DNA of 64,000 bases from Vicinamibacterales bacterium (GCA_963665465.1 OY762226.1:4741177-4805176); one strand, 5' to 3'; positions 9,018 to 19,076 are shown, counted from the first letter of the stretch. The notes: generated by a model from the sequence alone, not told the origin. Program-made: numbers and translations.

Positions 9018-11795
9018 ATGGACGTGCCCGCCAGACGCAATCGCGGCAGTCGCAAGCGATCCACTCCGGCGCGCGCACCGCGCGCATCCGCCCGTCGTCT
9101 GCTGGAGCGGGCGTGGGAGCTTCTCCACGCCGGAAACGGGCGCGAGGCGCTCGACCTGATCCGGCAGGCGCGGGACCGGAACGACAGCCTGGCGGGGCTG
9201 CCGCTGGTGTCGTTCTGCGCTTCCATCCAGCGCGCCCGGCATCTCACGGCCAAAGGCATGGAGAAGGAAGCGGCCACCATGCGCGCCCGGGCCGACCACT
9301 ATCGAGCGTCGATTCGCCTGCCGGCCTTGTCGGAGGACGATTGGGTGCAGTACGTCCGCTACCTGGACGGCGAGGACGCCCTGGCGACCTATGCGGGCCA
9401 CCTGGCCGGTGGGGCGCCCATGCAGCGGGTGGAGCAGGTGCTGGCGGATCGACTGGTAGTCCAGCGGTGCTGGAAGGGGCTCGACGCCTTCGACGAGAGC
9501 CACCCGCTGCGCCGGGACGTCGCGGAGGTCGGCCCCGGTCTCGAGGCGATGGACGCCGGCGACTGGGCACGGGCCGCCAGCCTGCTGCGGGGCGTGCCCC
9601 GGCGCTCGCCGTTCGCGGCCTGGCGCCTGTTCTGCAAGGCCATGGTCTGTTTCGGCGCGGGCGATGACGACGGGCTGCGCCGTACCCTCGATCTGCTGCC
9701 GGCCGACTTCGCGCTGCCCCGTAAGGTGGCCGAATGCCGGCGCCTGATAGCGCGCGACGGCGGCGGCAACGGGCACGCGCGGTCGTCGCCGGAGCCGGGA
9801 AGCGAACGGGGGTCGCTGACGGCGCTGGCCGGCGAACTGAAACGGGCGCTCCGGAACGGAAACGTGCGTGCGGTTGGGACGGTGATCGAACGTCTGGCCG
9901 ACGCCCTGTATCCGGAGGAGCCGGGTCGGGCGCGGATCGACCTGCTGCAGATCGTGGGGCTGGCAGCGGCGCGGGACCTGTTCCCCGTCGCCGCGTTCGA
10001 AGCGTTGGCGCGGCGTCTGTTGCCCGCCGAGCGGATGAGCGGCGTCCTGGCCCGCATCTTCCTCCAGGGCCAGCAGGTGTCGCCCGAGCTGTGGAACCCG
10101 ATCCCGGCCACGGTTTTCTTCAATGCGCTGCCGGGGGAGTTTCCCCGGGCGGAAGATCAGGCGCTCGCTCGGGCGTGCGTCTTCGAGGCGCTCGCGCGCA
10201 CGGGCCGCGCGGCCGTCCCTCCCGAACTGCTGCCCCCTGACAGGATGCGCGCGCTGGCCGGGCTGCTGGGCCGCCCCATCGAAGTCCCTGAACTGGTCTT
10301 CGTCGAGCTGATGACGGAGAGTCTCGAGGCCGATCCCGACAACCGCGAGGGCTACCTCTTTCTGCTCGATCTGCTGCGCGGACAGACCGCGGGCAAACGC
10401 AGGCTCCAGCGTGTCCTGCAGGACATGGCGCACCGGTTTCCCGACGATCCGACCCCGTGGCTGGAACTGGTCAGCCTGCAGCATTCGAGGAACGCGTACC
10501 GCCAGGCCGAGAGCGCGCTGGCGGAGGCCCGGCGGCGCGCTCCGCACGACGATCGGCTCCTGGATCTGCAGGCTGTCGGTTTCCTCAAGTCCGCCGATCA
10601 GAGCCGCAACAAGGGGCGGTTCGCGCTTGCCACCCGGGACTTGCAGCGCGCGGAAGACCTCGGGCGCGACGCGGTTGGGCTCGTCCTGCCGTCGAAATGG
10701 CTCCTGTTGGAGATCGTGTCCACCGGCACGGATGCGGCCGCGACGGTCACCCGTCGCCTGCAGGGACTGCCGCCTGGCGAGCAGCTTCGGACGCTGGTCC
10801 TGCTGCTGCGGGATCTGCACCGCAACAGCCACGTCAGGAACGTCCGACCGGACATGCTCGACGCCGTGTGGCGCCTGCTGGCCGACAGGGTCTCTCTCGC
10901 CGGCGAGTGTGCTCCGGACGAGATCGTCCGGCTGCTCGAGCCGCTGCCGGTCGAGCTGGGCATCCTCTACGACGACCGGCTGGTTGCCACGAGCCTCGCC
11001 GCCTGGTGGCCCATGCTTCTCGAGCGAGTGGACGGAGAACGCCTGCCGGCCGTCCTGGATATCCTGCTGGAGTGCGGCGGGTGGGCCCAGGTTCGTGCCG
11101 AGATCGAACGTCGGCTGCGGGGCGTCGGGAAGCCCCGGCGCGATCCGCTGCTGCTCTTCTATCTGGCGGTCGTGCGCTACGAGGCGGGCAGCGACCACGA
11201 TTCCCGGCGTTTCCGGGGCGTCCTGAAGGGGGCGGACATCGCCACCCGCGAGCGGTTGCGGACGGCGGCCGCCAGGCTGGCCTGCCACACGCAGGGTCCA
11301 CTGCGCCGCGCTCTGCTGACGTTCGATTTCGAACCGCTGGACGCGCCCGCCCCGGGACTGCCGCCGCTCGATGAGCTGTTGGCGTCGATCGAGGAGTACC
11401 TCGAGGCCGACGGCCCCCCGCTCGAGCGTGACGCGTTTCCGCAGTCGGCGCCACCGGATCCTGACGATCCGTCGCTGATCGAGCGGTTCCGGCTGGTGCT
11501 GACCGAGGGGCCGGCGGACGGGGGGCGCGACGCGCGGCAGGGGATGTTGTTCGATCGACGGCTATACGACGATCTGGACCGCCTGGACGAACTGATCGAC
11601 GACAACCGGTTGCGCGATGAGCCGCGGTCCGTGCTGCAGGAGCTCGGCGGCAACCTGCGGGCCGAACCGGCGGCGCGGCGGGAGCTGGAACGGCTGGCGC
11701 GCGACTGCCGGACCGCCGGTCTCCGTGACAGACTGACGCGGGAGTTGCGGGCCCTGTTGTTTCCCCGCAAGGAGAAGAAACGGCGCCGCCGGTAA
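9018..11795 (+). CDS. 925-aa hypothetical protein, apparently all-alpha/TPR-like with basic termini; first gene of the Hsp70 module
   Basis: This is the real 3' part of shadow ORF 5547-11795. The in-frame ATG at 9018 lies 15 nt after the previous stop. It starts MDVPARRNRGSRKRS and ends FPRKEKKRRRR. I recognise no family. Confidence 0.65.
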   Translation: MDVPARRNRGSRKRSTPARAPRASARRLLERAWELLHAGNGREALDLIRQARDRNDSLAGLPLVSFCASIQRARHLTAKGMEKEAATMRARADHYRASIRLPALSEDDWVQYVRYLDGEDALATYAGHLAGGAPMQRVEQVLADRLVVQRCWKGLDAFDESHPLRRDVAEVGPGLEAMDAGDWARAASLLRGVPRRSPFAAWRLFCKAMVCFGAGDDDGLRRTLDLLPADFALPRKVAECRRLIARDGGGNGHARSSPEPGSERGSLTALAGELKRALRNGNVRAVGTVIERLADALYPEEPGRARIDLLQIVGLAAARDLFPVAAFEALARRLLPAERMSGVLARIFLQGQQVSPELWNPIPATVFFNALPGEFPRAEDQALARACVFEALARTGRAAVPPELLPPDRMRALAGLLGRPIEVPELVFVELMTESLEADPDNREGYLFLLDLLRGQTAGKRRLQRVLQDMAHRFPDDPTPWLELVSLQHSRNAYRQAESALAEARRRAPHDDRLLDLQAVGFLKSADQSRNKGRFALATRDLQRAEDLGRDAVGLVLPSKWLLLEIVSTGTDAAATVTRRLQGLPPGEQLRTLVLLLRDLHRNSHVRNVRPDMLDAVWRLLADRVSLAGECAPDEIVRLLEPLPVELGILYDDRLVATSLAAWWPMLLERVDGERLPAVLDILLECGGWAQVRAEIERRLRGVGKPRRDPLLLFYLAVVRYEAGSDHDSRRFRGVLKGADIATRERLRTAAARLACHTQGPLRRALLTFDFEPLDAPAPGLPPLDELLASIEEYLEADGPPLERDAFPQSAPPDPDDPSLIERFRLVLTEGPADGGRDARQGMLFDRRLYDDLDRLDELIDDNRLRDEPRSVLQELGGNLRAEPAARRELERLARDCRTAGLRDRLTRELRALLFPRKEKKRRRR

Positions 11796-11821
11796 TCTGC
11801 GCCGTGGACGGGAGCAGGATC

Positions 11822-12127
11822 ATGCTTGCCCACTATCTGGTGCTGGGACTGCCGCCGTCGGCGACGGGAGAGGAGATCCGCCGGCGCTACCTCGAGTTGG
11901 TGCGCACGCACCGGCCTGGCCGGGATCCCCAACGCCTGCAGCAGATTAGCGCGGCGTACGAAGCGCTGAAGGACGACCGTGCGCGCGTGAAGACGGCCCT
12001 CTTCGGCATGGCCGCCTACGGCGATTTCGAGCTGGCGCTCGATGCGCTGGTGCAGGCTCGTCCGGTGCGCCGCGAGACGCCCGGCTTGCAGACCCTCCTG
12101 GCGGCGGAGGAGAAGCTGTATGAGTGA
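11822..12127 (+). CDS. Minimal J-domain protein with a non-canonical HPD loop
   Basis: ORF 11804-12127; ATG at 11822. HYLVLGLPPSATGEEIRRRYLELVRTHRPGRDPQRLQQISAAYEALKDDRAR matches the J-domain helix II-loop-helix III pattern. HRPGRD replaces HPD. Confidence 0.7.
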   Translation: MLAHYLVLGLPPSATGEEIRRRYLELVRTHRPGRDPQRLQQISAAYEALKDDRARVKTALFGMAAYGDFELALDALVQARPVRRETPGLQTLLAAEEKLYE

Positions 12128-12788
12128 ACCGGGCGGAGATTGGCGGCAGCGGGCGCTCGACGACTTCCGGCAGTGGCTCGACGCGGTGGCCGAGCAGCCC
12201 CCGGCGCATGAGGAAGCCGAGGCGGCCGACCATGACCTGCGCGATCTGTTCGCCGAGTTTGCCGCGCTGCGGCAGGAGATCCGCCTGCAGAACCGGGAAC
12301 AGGCGCGGGCGGGCCGCGAGCTGGCGGCTGCGGCGGGGCGGCTGGACACGACCGCCCGCCAGGTGGAGCGCGCCGACGAGACGTTGGCGGCGTTCGAGCG
12401 GCGCATCGCCCGAACGGCGGAGGACCGTTGTCTGCTCGAGACCCTGGAGGTGCGTGATGCCCTGGTGCGAGGCCGGCGTGCCGCGGTCCGGTTGCGGGAT
12501 CGACCGCGCCTGTTCGGACGCCCGCCGCGGGGCGTCGCGGGCGTCGTCGAAGGTTACGAGTTGGCTATCGGCCGTGTCGATCGGATGCTGTCGCGGTTGG
12601 ACGTGCGACGCGTGGAGACCGTGGGGCGACGCTTCGACGGGCGCGTCATGCAGGCGGTGGAGGCGCGCCGCGTCGAACGGGTCGGCGACGGCCTGGTGGT
12701 CGAGGAGCTGCGGAGCGGGTTCGTGCGGCACGACGACGTGCTGCGTCCGGCCGACGTCGCGGTCAACCGACGTGACGAGAAAGGGTGA
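12120..12788 (+). CDS. GrpE-like nucleotide exchange factor
   Basis: ORF 12042-12788, trimmed to MSEPGG at 12120, which overlaps the J-protein stop by 8 nt (ATGAGTGA). A coiled-coil N-terminus is followed by [14 protein letters not shown]...[17 protein letters not shown]...[20 protein letters not shown]. Confidence 0.7.
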   Translation: MSEPGGDWRQRALDDFRQWLDAVAEQPPAHEEAEAADHDLRDLFAEFAALRQEIRLQNREQARAGRELAAAAGRLDTTARQVERADETLAAFERRIARTAEDRCLLETLEVRDALVRGRRAAVRLRDRPRLFGRPPRGVAGVVEGYELAIGRVDRMLSRLDVRRVETVGRRFDGRVMQAVEARRVERVGDGLVVEELRSGFVRHDDVLRPADVAVNRRDEKG

Positions 12789-14620
12789 TGCCGGTGGCAA
12801 CCAGGGCGGCGGACGACGACACGGTCATCGGCATCGATCTGGGCACCACGAACTCGGAGGTGGCGATCCTCTCGGACCGGCAGCCCGAGATCGTGAAGGA
12901 GCGCGGCGAAGCCATCCTGCCGTCGTGCGTGGGGCTCGACGATGCCGGCGCCGTCATCGTCGGACGCCAGGTCCGCCAGCAGGCGGTGGCCGCTCCCGAA
13001 CGGACCGTCCTTTCGGTCAAGCGCCTGATGGGCTCCGGGACGCGCGTGCGGATGGGGCAGGAAGCCTACGCCCCGCAGGAGATTTCGGCCTTCATTCTCA
13101 AGGCGCTCAAGGAGCGGGCGGACCGCGCGCTCGGCCGGGACGTGCGCAGGGCGGTCATCACCGTCCCGGCCTACTTCACCGACGCCCAGCGGCAGGCCAC
13201 ACGCGAGGCCGGCGAGACCGCCGGCCTGACGGTCGTCCGGATCATCAATGAACCGACTGCCGCCGCGCTCAGCTACGAGATCGGCGGCACGGGGCGCCGC
13301 ACCCTGCTCGTCTACGATATGGGCGGCGGCACCTTCGACGTCTCGGTGGTGCGAGTGGAAGCGGGCGTGGTCGAGGTTCTGGCCACCGCCGGCGACAACC
13401 AGCTCGGCGGCGACGATTTCGACGCGCTCATCCTCGAGCGCCTCAACACGCACATCGAAACAGGGTTGGGGGTCGAGGATGCCCGCGAGGATCCCCTTCT
13501 GCAGGCGCGCCTGCGGCGGGCGGCTGAACAGGCCAAGATCGAACTGTCGGATCAGCCCTGCGTGCGCGTCGAGGAGGACCACGTCGCCCTGGTGGCCGGC
13601 GAGGCCAGACACCTCACCTGCGAGTTGAGCCGCGCCGATTTCGAACGCGACCTCGAGCCGTTTCTCGACCGCTCCCTGCAGGCGGTGACGACGGCGCTGC
13701 AGGATGCCGGCGTGCGTCCGAGCCAGCTCGACCGGGTGCTGCTCGTGGGCGGCTCGACCCGCATTCCGCGGATCGCCGCCGTCCTCACGGAGCGCCTGGG
13801 GCAGGAGCCGCACGGCGAGGTCGATCCGGATCTGTGCGTCGCGCTGGGGGCCGGCGTGCAGGCAGGGATCGAGATGGGACGGGACATGCAGTCCGTGCTG
13901 GTCGACATCACGCCCTACACCTTCGGCACCAGCGCCTCCGGCGAGCTGTACGGCAGGCCGTACGCCCATGAGTTCGTGCCCCTCATCCGGCGCAACAGCA
14001 AGCTGCCGGCCACCCGGACCGAAGTGTTCTTCACCATGTTCGAGGATCAGCCGCAGGTGGAAGTCAAGGTCTATCAGGGGGAGGATCCGGACGCCCTCAA
14101 GAACGTGGAAATCGGCACCTTCATGTTCACCGGCCTGAACCAGCAACCCGGCGCGCGCGACCAGGGCCTGCTCTGCACCTACAGCCTCGACCTCGACGGC
14201 CTGCTCCACGTCCACGCGCGGGAACGGGCCACCGGCCGGGAGATCCGCGGCGTCGTCGAGAACGCCATCGGGCGGTCCGGCGACGAGGCGCTCGGCGCCG
14301 CCAAGGAACGTGTCTCGGCACTCTGGGGCCTGGCGGGCGTGTCGGATGCAGAGCACGCTGCGGACGCGGCGGCCGGCGACGCTGGGGCCGGTGTCGCGGA
14401 ACCGTCTGCGGCGGCGCCCGCCCTGCCCCCGGACGTGGCCCGGGCAGCCGGGGAAACCCTGGCGCGGGCCGAGCGGGCGCTCGAGGCCGCACCGGCCGCA
14501 GATCGGGAAGAGATGATCAACCTGATGGAGGATCTCCGGGACGCCCTCGAGGAGGCCCGCGCCGCGCGGGCAGCCGAGCTCAAGCGCGAGCTCGACGAGA
14601 TCCTGTTCTACCTGGAATAG
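12785..14620 (+). CDS. Hsp70-family ATPase (DnaK paralog) with an atypical Ala-rich C-terminus
   Basis: Motifs: [78 protein letters not shown]. The start is GTG 12785 or ATG 12788, overlapping the GrpE-like stop. It ends EILFYLE with no EEVD. Confidence 0.9.
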   Translation: MMPVATRAADDDTVIGIDLGTTNSEVAILSDRQPEIVKERGEAILPSCVGLDDAGAVIVGRQVRQQAVAAPERTVLSVKRLMGSGTRVRMGQEAYAPQEISAFILKALKERADRALGRDVRRAVITVPAYFTDAQRQATREAGETAGLTVVRIINEPTAAALSYEIGGTGRRTLLVYDMGGGTFDVSVVRVEAGVVEVLATAGDNQLGGDDFDALILERLNTHIETGLGVEDAREDPLLQARLRRAAEQAKIELSDQPCVRVEEDHVALVAGEARHLTCELSRADFERDLEPFLDRSLQAVTTALQDAGVRPSQLDRVLLVGGSTRIPRIAAVLTERLGQEPHGEVDPDLCVALGAGVQAGIEMGRDMQSVLVDITPYTFGTSASGELYGRPYAHEFVPLIRRNSKLPATRTEVFFTMFEDQPQVEVKVYQGEDPDALKNVEIGTFMFTGLNQQPGARDQGLLCTYSLDLDGLLHVHARERATGREIRGVVENAIGRSGDEALGAAKERVSALWGLAGVSDAEHAADAAAGDAGAGVAEPSAAAPALPPDVARAAGETLARAERALEAAPAADREEMINLMEDLRDALEEARAARAAELKRELDEILFYLE

Positions 14621-14624
14621 CTGC

Positions 14625-14936
14625 GTGGAACGCTGTCCGACCTGCGGGGCCCGGCATGCCGGCGGGCCGTCCTGCCACCGCTGCCGGACGGACCTCCGCC
14701 AGGTGCTGGAGGTCGAACGGTGCGCGGCCCGCCACCGGCGGCTGGCCCGCGCCGCGCTCGATCGCGGCAACCGCGGGGAGGCCCGCGCCCATGCCCGCCG
14801 CGCCTGCGCCCTCCACCGGGCTCGCGAATCCCTGGTTGCACTCGCGCTGGCCGCCCTGGCAGACCGCGACTTCCCGGCCGCGCTGCGACTGTGGCGGGAA
14901 ATTCGGGCCGCTTCCGTTCGGCAGCGGCCCTCGTGA
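14625..14936 (+). CDS. Small zinc-ribbon protein (C-x2-C-x9-C-x2-C) with a helical tail
   Basis: GTG start 4 nt after the Hsp70 stop. Reads MERCPTCGARHAGGPSCHRCRTDL followed by an Ala/Arg-rich helical region. Confidence 0.5.
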   Translation: MERCPTCGARHAGGPSCHRCRTDLRQVLEVERCAARHRRLARAALDRGNRGEARAHARRACALHRARESLVALALAALADRDFPAALRLWREIRAASVRQRPS

Positions 14937-15125
14937 CCGCGAGCGCGTTTCCCCGGTTCACGAACCTGTCCCGTTCCGCTCCATGAGCTCGGGCGGTCGG
15001 CCGCCGTCTTCCGCGACGTCGGCCGGGGTCGCGGCCGAGGGCGTGCGGGTGGAAAATCGCGCGCCGCGGGATTAGACTGCACGAATCGGGTTGACGGCGG
15101 GTCGGCAACCAGAGGAGACGGCACA

Positions 15126-16544
15126 ATGACGACGATGAAACACCGGCGGGCATGGCGTCCGTTCCTGGCGGCGGCGTTCGCGGCGATCATCGCACTGCCG
15201 GCGACCGCCGCGGGGCAGCCCGCGGCCGACGAGGTCACCTTCAGCAGGGACATCGCCCCCATCCTCCAGCGGAGCTGCCAGAAGTGTCACCGGCCCGACT
15301 CGCTCGCGCCGATGTCGCTGATCGACTACGACGAGGTGCGCCCCTGGGCCCGGGCCATCCGGAACCGCACGGCGCTGCGCGACAAGCCGGGCGTGATGCC
15401 GCCGTGGTACATCGAGAAGGACGTCGGCATCCAGTCGTTCAAGGAGGATCCGTCGCTGAGCGACGCGGAGATCGCCCTGATTGCGAAGTGGGTCGACAAC
15501 GGCGCCCCGGAGGGCGACCCGGCCGACCTGCCGCCGCCGGTGGCGTTCATCGACGTGAACGAGTGGGAGATCGGCCAGCCGGATCTGGTCGTGTCGTCGC
15601 CGAGCGTGGAGCTGCCCGGGGAATCGCCCGACTGGTGGGGCCACATCGGGGAGACGCCGACGGGATTGACCGAGGATCGCTACGTCGCGGCCCTCGAGTT
15701 CAAGGAAATCACCGAGTCGAGCGTCGGCGAGCGCCGCGCCACGGTCGGGGGACTGTTCATCGTCCATCACCTGGTCATGGACATCGTCGTGCCGGACGGT
15801 GAGGACGACGATTCGCCGACGTCCCGCTGGCCGGTGCACGAGGTCGGGCGCAACGCCGACTTCTTCGACCCCGCCGCCGGCAAGCTGATCGAGGCCGGGT
15901 CGACCATCCTCTTCGAGAACATCCACCTGCATGCGAACGGCGCCGACACCCGCGCCCGCGTGGACGTCGGCTTCAAGTTCCATCCGCGCGGCTACGAGCC
16001 GACGCGGCAGGTGCGGGGGATCTCGTTCGGCAACACCGTCGATCTGGACATCGAGCCGATGGATCCCGATCAGCGGATGGAGGCGTTCTTCACGCTGCCC
16101 GAGCACACGAAGCTCAGCGTCTACGAGCCCCACCTGCATGCCCCCGGCGTGCGCATGTGCCTCGACGCCATCCTCGGCACCTCGATCGAGACGCTCAACT
16201 GCGCCGGTTACGACCACAGCTGGGTCCGCGTCTACACGTACGAGGACGACGCCGCGCCGCTGCTGCCCAAGGGCACGATCCTGCGCCTGACGGGCTACTT
16301 CAACAACTCGCCGTCGAATCCGAACGTCGCCGATCCCCGCAACTGGTCGGGCGGCGGCAACCGCTCGGTCGACCAGATGTTCATCAACATCATGCGCGGC
16401 GTCTATCTGAGCGACGAGGAGTTCGCGGAGGAGATGGCGCAACGGCGCGAGGTGTTGAACCTGATGCCCGGCGAGACCGCCGTCGGCTGCCCGCTCTGCG
16501 GCGACGCCGCGGTTTCGGATCTGGCCGAGGGGCAGCAGCAGTGA
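15126..16544 (+). CDS. Exported c-type haem domain protein with a copper-monooxygenase (PHM/DBH)-like His pattern
   Basis: A signal peptide is followed by FSRDIAPILQRSCQKCHRPDSLAPMSL (CxxCH). Later motifs are IVHHLVM, NIHLHANG and EPHLHAPGVRMC. Confidence 0.65.
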   Translation: MTTMKHRRAWRPFLAAAFAAIIALPATAAGQPAADEVTFSRDIAPILQRSCQKCHRPDSLAPMSLIDYDEVRPWARAIRNRTALRDKPGVMPPWYIEKDVGIQSFKEDPSLSDAEIALIAKWVDNGAPEGDPADLPPPVAFIDVNEWEIGQPDLVVSSPSVELPGESPDWWGHIGETPTGLTEDRYVAALEFKEITESSVGERRATVGGLFIVHHLVMDIVVPDGEDDDSPTSRWPVHEVGRNADFFDPAAGKLIEAGSTILFENIHLHANGADTRARVDVGFKFHPRGYEPTRQVRGISFGNTVDLDIEPMDPDQRMEAFFTLPEHTKLSVYEPHLHAPGVRMCLDAILGTSIETLNCAGYDHSWVRVYTYEDDAAPLLPKGTILRLTGYFNNSPSNPNVADPRNWSGGGNRSVDQMFINIMRGVYLSDEEFAEEMAQRREVLNLMPGETAVGCPLCGDAAVSDLAEGQQQ

Positions 16545-17431
16545 GACGCGCCGCGATCGGCGTCGCCGTCGCCGTGCTGGCCGTCGGCGCGCTGCACCAG
16601 GCCGGTGCGGCGCAGCAGCACTACCGCCCGAGCGGACAGGAAGTGGTGCCCGCCTACGAAGGCTGGGAGCGGAATCCCGACGGATCGTTCAACCTGGTCT
16701 TCGGGACGATGAACCGGAACTGGGAGGAGGCGCACTACATCCCGATCGGTCCGGACAACCACATCGAGCCGGGCGGCCCCGACCGGGGCCAGCCGACGTA
16801 CTTCCTGCCGCGGCGCAACCGGTTCATGTTCCGCATCGCCGTGCCGGCGGACTTCGGCGACCGGGAGATCGTCTGGACGCTCAAGAGCCCGAACGGCAAG
16901 ACGTACCGGGCCTACGCCACCCTCAAGCCCGACTACTTCATCGACGACTTCGTCGTCCAGCGCAACAGCGGGCTGCGCACCCGCGACGTGGTGATTCCCA
17001 ATACGCCGCCGGTGCTGGAGGTCGAGGGTGAACGTACCCGGACCGCGCGGGTGGGAGAGACCGTCGCTCTGACGGCCTTCGCCAGCGACGACGGCGTGCC
17101 CGAGCAGCGGCCGCTGCGGGCGCTGGACCCGTCGCGGGCGGGCAACAACACCGTGCCGGTCACCGCGACGGGCCTGCGGCTGTCCTGGTTCGTGTACCGG
17201 GGGCGGGGGGGCGCCGTGACCTTCGACCCGGTGCAGACCAAGGTGTGGGAGGACACCCGGCCCAACTCGAACTCGCCCTGGGGCTACGGTTGGGAGACGC
17301 CCCCCGCGCCCCCCGGCGGCAAGTGGGTGGCCATGGCCACGTTCGACGAGCCGGGGACGTTCGTGCTCCGCTGCCGAGCGCACGACGGGGGCCTAAAGGC
17401 CCACGAGGACATCACGTTCGTCGTGGAATGA
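16541..17431 (+). CDS. Exported hypothetical protein, co-oriented and overlapping with the previous gene
   Basis: Real part of ORF 16157-17431. The GTG at 16541 overlaps the upstream stop (GTGA). VRRAAIGVAVAVLAVGALHQAGAAQ is signal-like. I recognise no family. Confidence 0.6.
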   Translation: MRRAAIGVAVAVLAVGALHQAGAAQQHYRPSGQEVVPAYEGWERNPDGSFNLVFGTMNRNWEEAHYIPIGPDNHIEPGGPDRGQPTYFLPRRNRFMFRIAVPADFGDREIVWTLKSPNGKTYRAYATLKPDYFIDDFVVQRNSGLRTRDVVIPNTPPVLEVEGERTRTARVGETVALTAFASDDGVPEQRPLRALDPSRAGNNTVPVTATGLRLSWFVYRGRGGAVTFDPVQTKVWEDTRPNSNSPWGYGWETPPAPPGGKWVAMATFDEPGTFVLRCRAHDGGLKAHEDITFVVE

Positions 17432-17440
17432 CCATCGATT

Positions 17441-17523
17441 GCGGGGGGCCCCTGCGCCCCGCGCCGCTTCCGCCGAGGCGCGCCTTGCGGAGTCTGCACC
17501 GTTTCTACGGCGCAGACTCCGAG
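17441..17523 (-). repeat. Dispersed GC-rich repeat, partial copy in inverted orientation
   Basis: ggcccctgcgccccgcgccgcttccgccgaggcgcgccttgcg is the reverse complement of the left module of the 115-bp unit at 43.5-43.9 kb. It is followed by the hairpin gagtctgc...gcagactc. Confidence 0.7.
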
Positions 17524-19076
17524 TGCTGCGGCGGCGGCGCGCAGGTGAAGCTGGCGGCGTCGCGCGGATCGCCGCTGCCGTCGTAGACGGCGACCTGCGG
17601 GTACGGGCAGGCCGGGCGCGTCATCGTGACGCGGCCGGCCTCGCCGACTTTCGCCGCCAGCAGGCGCTCCGGCGCGCGTCCTTCTTCCACCCAGGCGCGG
17701 ATCGCCTCGACCCAGTCGACACGGTCGGGACCGGGGCCGCCCGCGCAGTGGAGCACCCCCGGCAGCATGTAGAGGCGCGCGTAGTCCCGGGCAGCCGGGT
17801 CGCCCGCCGCCAGCCGCTCGTAGTAGTCGATGGTGCCGAGCGGCGCGAGGGCGAGGTCGGACCAGCCCGTCCAGTAGATGATCTTCCCGCCCGCGTCCCT
17901 GAACCGGCTCAGGTCGGTGTCCGTCGCGTCGAGGATCGCGGCCGTCTGCGCGACGTCGTCCTGCCAGGTCGAGAAGTCGTACTGCGTGTAGTCCCAGTCG
18001 GGATCGCCGAAGACGAAGTACTTGAAGAGCTCGGTCCCGAAGCCGTACTGCGCGTTGGGGATGCCAGCCGCCCGGCGTCGTTCCGAGCCGACGACCCACG
18101 AGTCCCAGCCCCCGGCCTCGTGCTCGCCGCCGTAGTTGAACCCGTGGTAGATCGGCTCGCCGTTGGAGAGCGGGCCGCCGTAGACGGTTTCGATCGCCGC
18201 GAGCTGCGCGGCGGTGACGCAGTCGTCCGCCGGCTCGTCGCCGGCGCAGCGCGGGAGGTCGGCCGGGTCGAAGCCGCACTGCCGGGGATCGGCCAGCATG
18301 CCGTCCGCGACCCCGTCGTCCGCGTCGCACGCGGCGAGGATGCTCGATCCGAGCAGCTCCAGCGTCGACGCCGTCAGCAGCGGGGCGTCGATGTCGCCGT
18401 CGGGGTAGATCGCCTGCTGGTTCTGCACGAACCCGGCCGTGATCCCGGTCCAGTGGTAGGCCGGCGCGGCCGCCACGATGCCGTCGAAGTCGTCCGGATA
18501 GCGCTGCGACTCCATCATCGCCTGGCCGCCGCCGCGCGAGCAGCCGACGAAGTAGGCGTAGTCGGCCGGCCGCGCGTAGTGGTGCGCGATGATCGACTTC
18601 GCGGTCTCGGCCGTCAGGTGCACGGCGCGGTGGCCGAAGTTCGCCTGCCGCTCGGGATTGTCGAGCGCCCAGCCGGCCTCGATGCCGTTGCCGGTGTGGC
18701 CGGTGTCGGTCCCCGCGGTCGCGTAGCCGCGCTGGAGCGGGCTCCCGCCGTGCGCGTAGAGCGAGCGGGCCTGGTTCTGCACGCTCCCGACGAAGCCGCC
18801 CCCGCCGCCCATCAGGAAGCGGCCGTTCCAGTCGTCGGGCAGCAGCAGCTCGAAGTTGATCTCGGTTTCGATGACTCCCGTCACCCGGCAGTGGGCCGGC
18901 AGGCCCTCCGCCTCCGGCAGGTGCTCGGCCGAGCCGATCCGCAGGTCGACGAGCTCGAGAGCCGTCAGCTCGCCGCACGGGTTCGCGGGAACCGCGGCGG
19001 GGGTCGCGCACGCGGCGGCGACGGTCAGACCGGCGGCGACTGCACCGTTCACGAGGCAACGCTGGCTGCAGGGCAT
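17505..19076 (-). CDS. Tannase/feruloyl-esterase-family hydrolase, probable lipoprotein
   Basis: ORF 17505-19256, trimmed to MPCSQRC at 19076 with GAGAGGAG upstream. Motifs: WNGRFLMGGGGGFVG, GYATAGTDTGH, YFVGCSRGGGQAMMESQRYPDDFDGIVAAAPA. Confidence 0.8.
   Translation of the reverse strand: MPCSQRCLVNGAVAAGLTVAAACATPAAVPANPCGELTALELVDLRIGSAEHLPEAEGLPAHCRVTGVIETEINFELLLPDDWNGRFLMGGGGGFVGSVQNQARSLYAHGGSPLQRGYATAGTDTGHTGNGIEAGWALDNPERQANFGHRAVHLTAETAKSIIAHHYARPADYAYFVGCSRGGGQAMMESQRYPDDFDGIVAAAPAYHWTGITAGFVQNQQAIYPDGDIDAPLLTASTLELLGSSILAACDADDGVADGMLADPRQCGFDPADLPRCAGDEPADDCVTAAQLAAIETVYGGPLSNGEPIYHGFNYGGEHEAGGWDSWVVGSERRRAAGIPNAQYGFGTELFKYFVFGDPDWDYTQYDFSTWQDDVAQTAAILDATDTDLSRFRDAGGKIIYWTGWSDLALAPLGTIDYYERLAAGDPAARDYARLYMLPGVLHCAGGPGPDRVDWVEAIRAWVEEGRAPERLLAAKVGEAGRVTMTRPACPYPQVAVYDGSGDPRDAASFTCAPPPQHSESAP

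Noticed and set aside
3682-9087. 1801-aa minus-strand ORF
   Set aside because: The translation is Arg/Ala/Gly/Pro-rich and low-complexity with no motifs. It lies antisense or off-frame to well-supported genes (PQQ dehydrogenase, FG-GAP protein). This is a typical shadow ORF in high-GC DNA.
12554-15262. 902-aa minus-strand ORF
   Set aside because: It is antisense to the Hsp70 gene, whose motifs are unambiguous. The translation is low-complexity.
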